Positions 62,024 to 64,000 of a stretch of 64,000 nucleotides of DNA are shown piece by piece (positions within the stretch are counted from its first letter, which is position 1; each line of letters opens with the position of its first letter). The translations under genes were made by a program, and so were the position numbers. Below the pieces are notes generated by a model that saw only the letters and a list, made by a program, of their open reading frames with translations, was not told the DNA's origin and ran no database searches. The stretch is from positions 1-64,000 of IMG/VR virus record IMGVR_UViG_3300021400_000138; one strand, written 5' to 3'. Origin of the DNA: a virus (taxonomy: Duplodnaviria; Caudoviricetes).

Positions 62024-62494
62024 ATGAAAAAGATGGTAGATAAACATCCAGAGAATCAACATATCGCGAGGCGCAAAGGTTTTAAGCGTCACCAATATCT
62101 TGAAGATCTTGGATATAAACTGGAAGCTTGTGGAACAAATTTTACAGATAATAGAGATCCAAGAAGAAAATACTTTAAAGAATTTAAAGATCTATATGGA
62201 GTTGATCCACGAGAAACATGGGATCTTGATGTAACATTCTTCCAGTGGCTTTATGAAAGAGTAATGGCATATAAAGATAAAGCAGAAGATATTATCAATC
62301 TGAATTATCATAAGATAATAATTCGTGGCAAAACATATACGCAGCTTGCCGCAATGAATATGCTCTTGCGAAATCTACGCTATATTCTCACAAAGGATTG
62401 GATTTGGGATGTTAAAAAAAATAAAAGATATAGAGAAAAAGCAAAACTGGTTATGGAAATTTGGGGCGAACTTCATCCTCATATGTGGTGGTAA
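62024..62494 (+). CDS. hypothetical protein
   Basis: YGVDPRETWDLD...PHMWW; GAGG RBS. Confidence 0.7.
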   Translation: MKKMVDKHPENQHIARRKGFKRHQYLEDLGYKLEACGTNFTDNRDPRRKYFKEFKDLYGVDPRETWDLDVTFFQWLYERVMAYKDKAEDIINLNYHKIIIRGKTYTQLAAMNMLLRNLRYILTKDWIWDVKKNKRYREKAKLVMEIWGELHPHMWW

Positions 62495-62497
62495 TTT

Positions 62498-63655
62498 ATG
62501 AAATCTAAAATACTTGAGTTGATAAAAATAAATCCTGATTGGCAGAAGATTCTGGAAGATAAGAATATCAAAATCAAAATAGATATTGATAATCTGGCGA
62601 TTTTTAACTATGGAATTGACGTTGATCCATTCGATCCATATGTTAAAGAAGCCAGGGGAATCATTATTGATTTAGACAATCTCTCGGTTGTATGCTGGCC
62701 TTTTACTCGATTTTATAACTCGCACGAAGAGGCTGCACAGGAAGATGTGGCGAACTTTGATTGGAATCATTGTCGAGTAGAAAACAAAATTGATGGCAGT
62801 ATTTGTAAGCTCTTCTATCGACCGTATAAGGGTGCATTGGCAATTGATCTTGGAATTGATGGCTACTGGTCATGGGCAACAAATTCATGTATCAATGCTT
62901 TCGATGCACCAATCATGGGATCTAAGAAATCATTTGGCGAGGTTATTGAATCTGCTGTGAATTTCAAAGATATTCCGTTTGATGAGCTTGATAAAGATTG
63001 TACATATATTTTTGAATTGGTTAGTCCATTAACTCAGGTTGTGGTTTCATATCCTTATACAAAGCTTTATCATATAGGAACCAAAAACAATATTACGGGC
63101 GAAGAATACAAGATTAACATCGGGATTGACTGGCCCAAGGTTTATGATCTGCATAGTTTGAAAGATTGTCTGAATTTTGTAGATCATATTAACGACGGTC
63201 TTGATCATGTCGAATGGGAAGGGTTTGTTGCAGTTGATAAAGATTGGCACAGGTTGAAGATAAAAAGCCCCGCATATCTTGAAGCACATTATATATTCGG
63301 GAATGGTAATTGTTCCAAAGAACGATTGTTAAAACTCTTGGATGATTATGGTCTGACTAAGCTGACTAATCTCAATCCAAGCATGTTTGTTCAGTTGAAG
63401 TATTATGATTATCGTAGAACTGAACTGGAATATATTGTATCTCAGTATATATCTTATGTCAGAGGATTATATGAAGAATATAATCACGATAGAAAAGCCG
63501 TAGCTAATCAAATCAAAACTGATAAACTCGCTCCGTTTGGTTTCGCTGCAATTGGAAATGATAAAGCAGCAGAAAAGCTGCTGTTAGATACTCGAAGAAA
63601 AGTTATTGCAGATCTGTTGCCTAATTATGAAAGTAGAGATATGTGGAGGATGTAA
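62498..63655 (+). CDS. T4 Rnl1-type RNA ligase
   Basis: EARG, PFTRFYN, motif I KIDGS, FELVSP, EGFV, KIK. Confidence 0.9.
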   Translation: MKSKILELIKINPDWQKILEDKNIKIKIDIDNLAIFNYGIDVDPFDPYVKEARGIIIDLDNLSVVCWPFTRFYNSHEEAAQEDVANFDWNHCRVENKIDGSICKLFYRPYKGALAIDLGIDGYWSWATNSCINAFDAPIMGSKKSFGEVIESAVNFKDIPFDELDKDCTYIFELVSPLTQVVVSYPYTKLYHIGTKNNITGEEYKINIGIDWPKVYDLHSLKDCLNFVDHINDGLDHVEWEGFVAVDKDWHRLKIKSPAYLEAHYIFGNGNCSKERLLKLLDDYGLTKLTNLNPSMFVQLKYYDYRRTELEYIVSQYISYVRGLYEEYNHDRKAVANQIKTDKLAPFGFAAIGNDKAAEKLLLDTRRKVIADLLPNYESRDMWRM

Positions 63656-63656
63656 T

Positions 63657-64000
63657 ATGTTAAAAGAACCAACACTTGTGCTTTTATGCGGCCTCCCTGG
63701 TTCTGGTAAAAGCAATTATGCTAAATCAATTGCTGGTGATCATCCGGAATATGTTATTCATAGTTCTGATGCTCTGCGCAAAGAAATGTTTGGCGATGAA
63801 AATTGTCAGGATGACGGCGATAAAGTGTTCACTGAACTTCACAGAAGAATAAAAGAAGACCTCCGCAATGGCAAGAGTGTTATCTATGACGCTTGTAATG
63901 TTCATTCCAAAAGGCGCATGGCTTTTCTTCGTGAACTGAAGAACATTAATTGCAGTAAAGAATGTCATATCATTGCTACACCTTATGAGATTTGTCTCCG
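63657..64000 (+). CDS. polynucleotide kinase-like P-loop protein, partial
   Basis: GGAGG RBS; MLKEPTLVLLCGLPGSGKS...SSDALRKE...IYDACN; directly follows the RNA ligase. Confidence 0.8.
   Translation, partial: MLKEPTLVLLCGLPGSGKSNYAKSIAGDHPEYVIHSSDALRKEMFGDENCQDDGDKVFTELHRRIKEDLRNGKSVIYDACNVHSKRRMAFLRELKNINCSKECHIIATPYEICL

Noticed and set aside
1-64000. Genome-wide TAG reassignment
   Set aside because: Long genes are intact in code 11, several genes end in TAG (20085, 28950, 31540, 51881), and no CUA-anticodon tRNA was seen.

Overview
This is a 64-kb, AT-rich segment of a large temperate dsDNA phage with SPbeta-like organisation. A Clostridia/Lachnospiraceae-type host is inferred from promoter/RBS style and gene content. 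Left arm (minus strand, 1-11.6 kb): PIN-PhoH, a DIP1984/DUF6847-like protein followed by a structured RNA, HU, a YonO-like single-subunit RNA polymerase split at its catalytic motif by a group I intron carrying an HNH endonuclease, nicotinamidase, HNH, an antirepressor and a YonV-like helicase-related gene. A non-coding strand-switch region with DnaA boxes follows (11.6-12.9 kb). The plus strand carries an early region with large structured-RNA tracts and dozens of small ORFs, a yopP/yopQ/yopR-like (Sro/MrpR) repression module with a convergent ImmA/ImmR-like pair, tRNAs, a radical SAM cluster, a full replisome (Sak4-like ATPase, SSB, DnaB, DnaG, DnaE) and an Rnl1/Pnk RNA repair pair. Best leads: (1) a tRNA-Gln gene whose anticodon is interrupted by a 67-nt insert that itself folds as a miniature tRNA; (2) a DUF6847-like protein with a downstream ncRNA holding a 7-nt periodic array; (3) an integron-like run of small genes delimited by ATAAAA-N6-TTTNAT sites; (4) a 293-aa gene embedded in about 1.2 kb of dense RNA structure; (5) three E(S/T)NSS-motif paralogs beside a radical SAM enzyme. 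All family calls come from motif recognition by eye; no database searches or folding programs were run.
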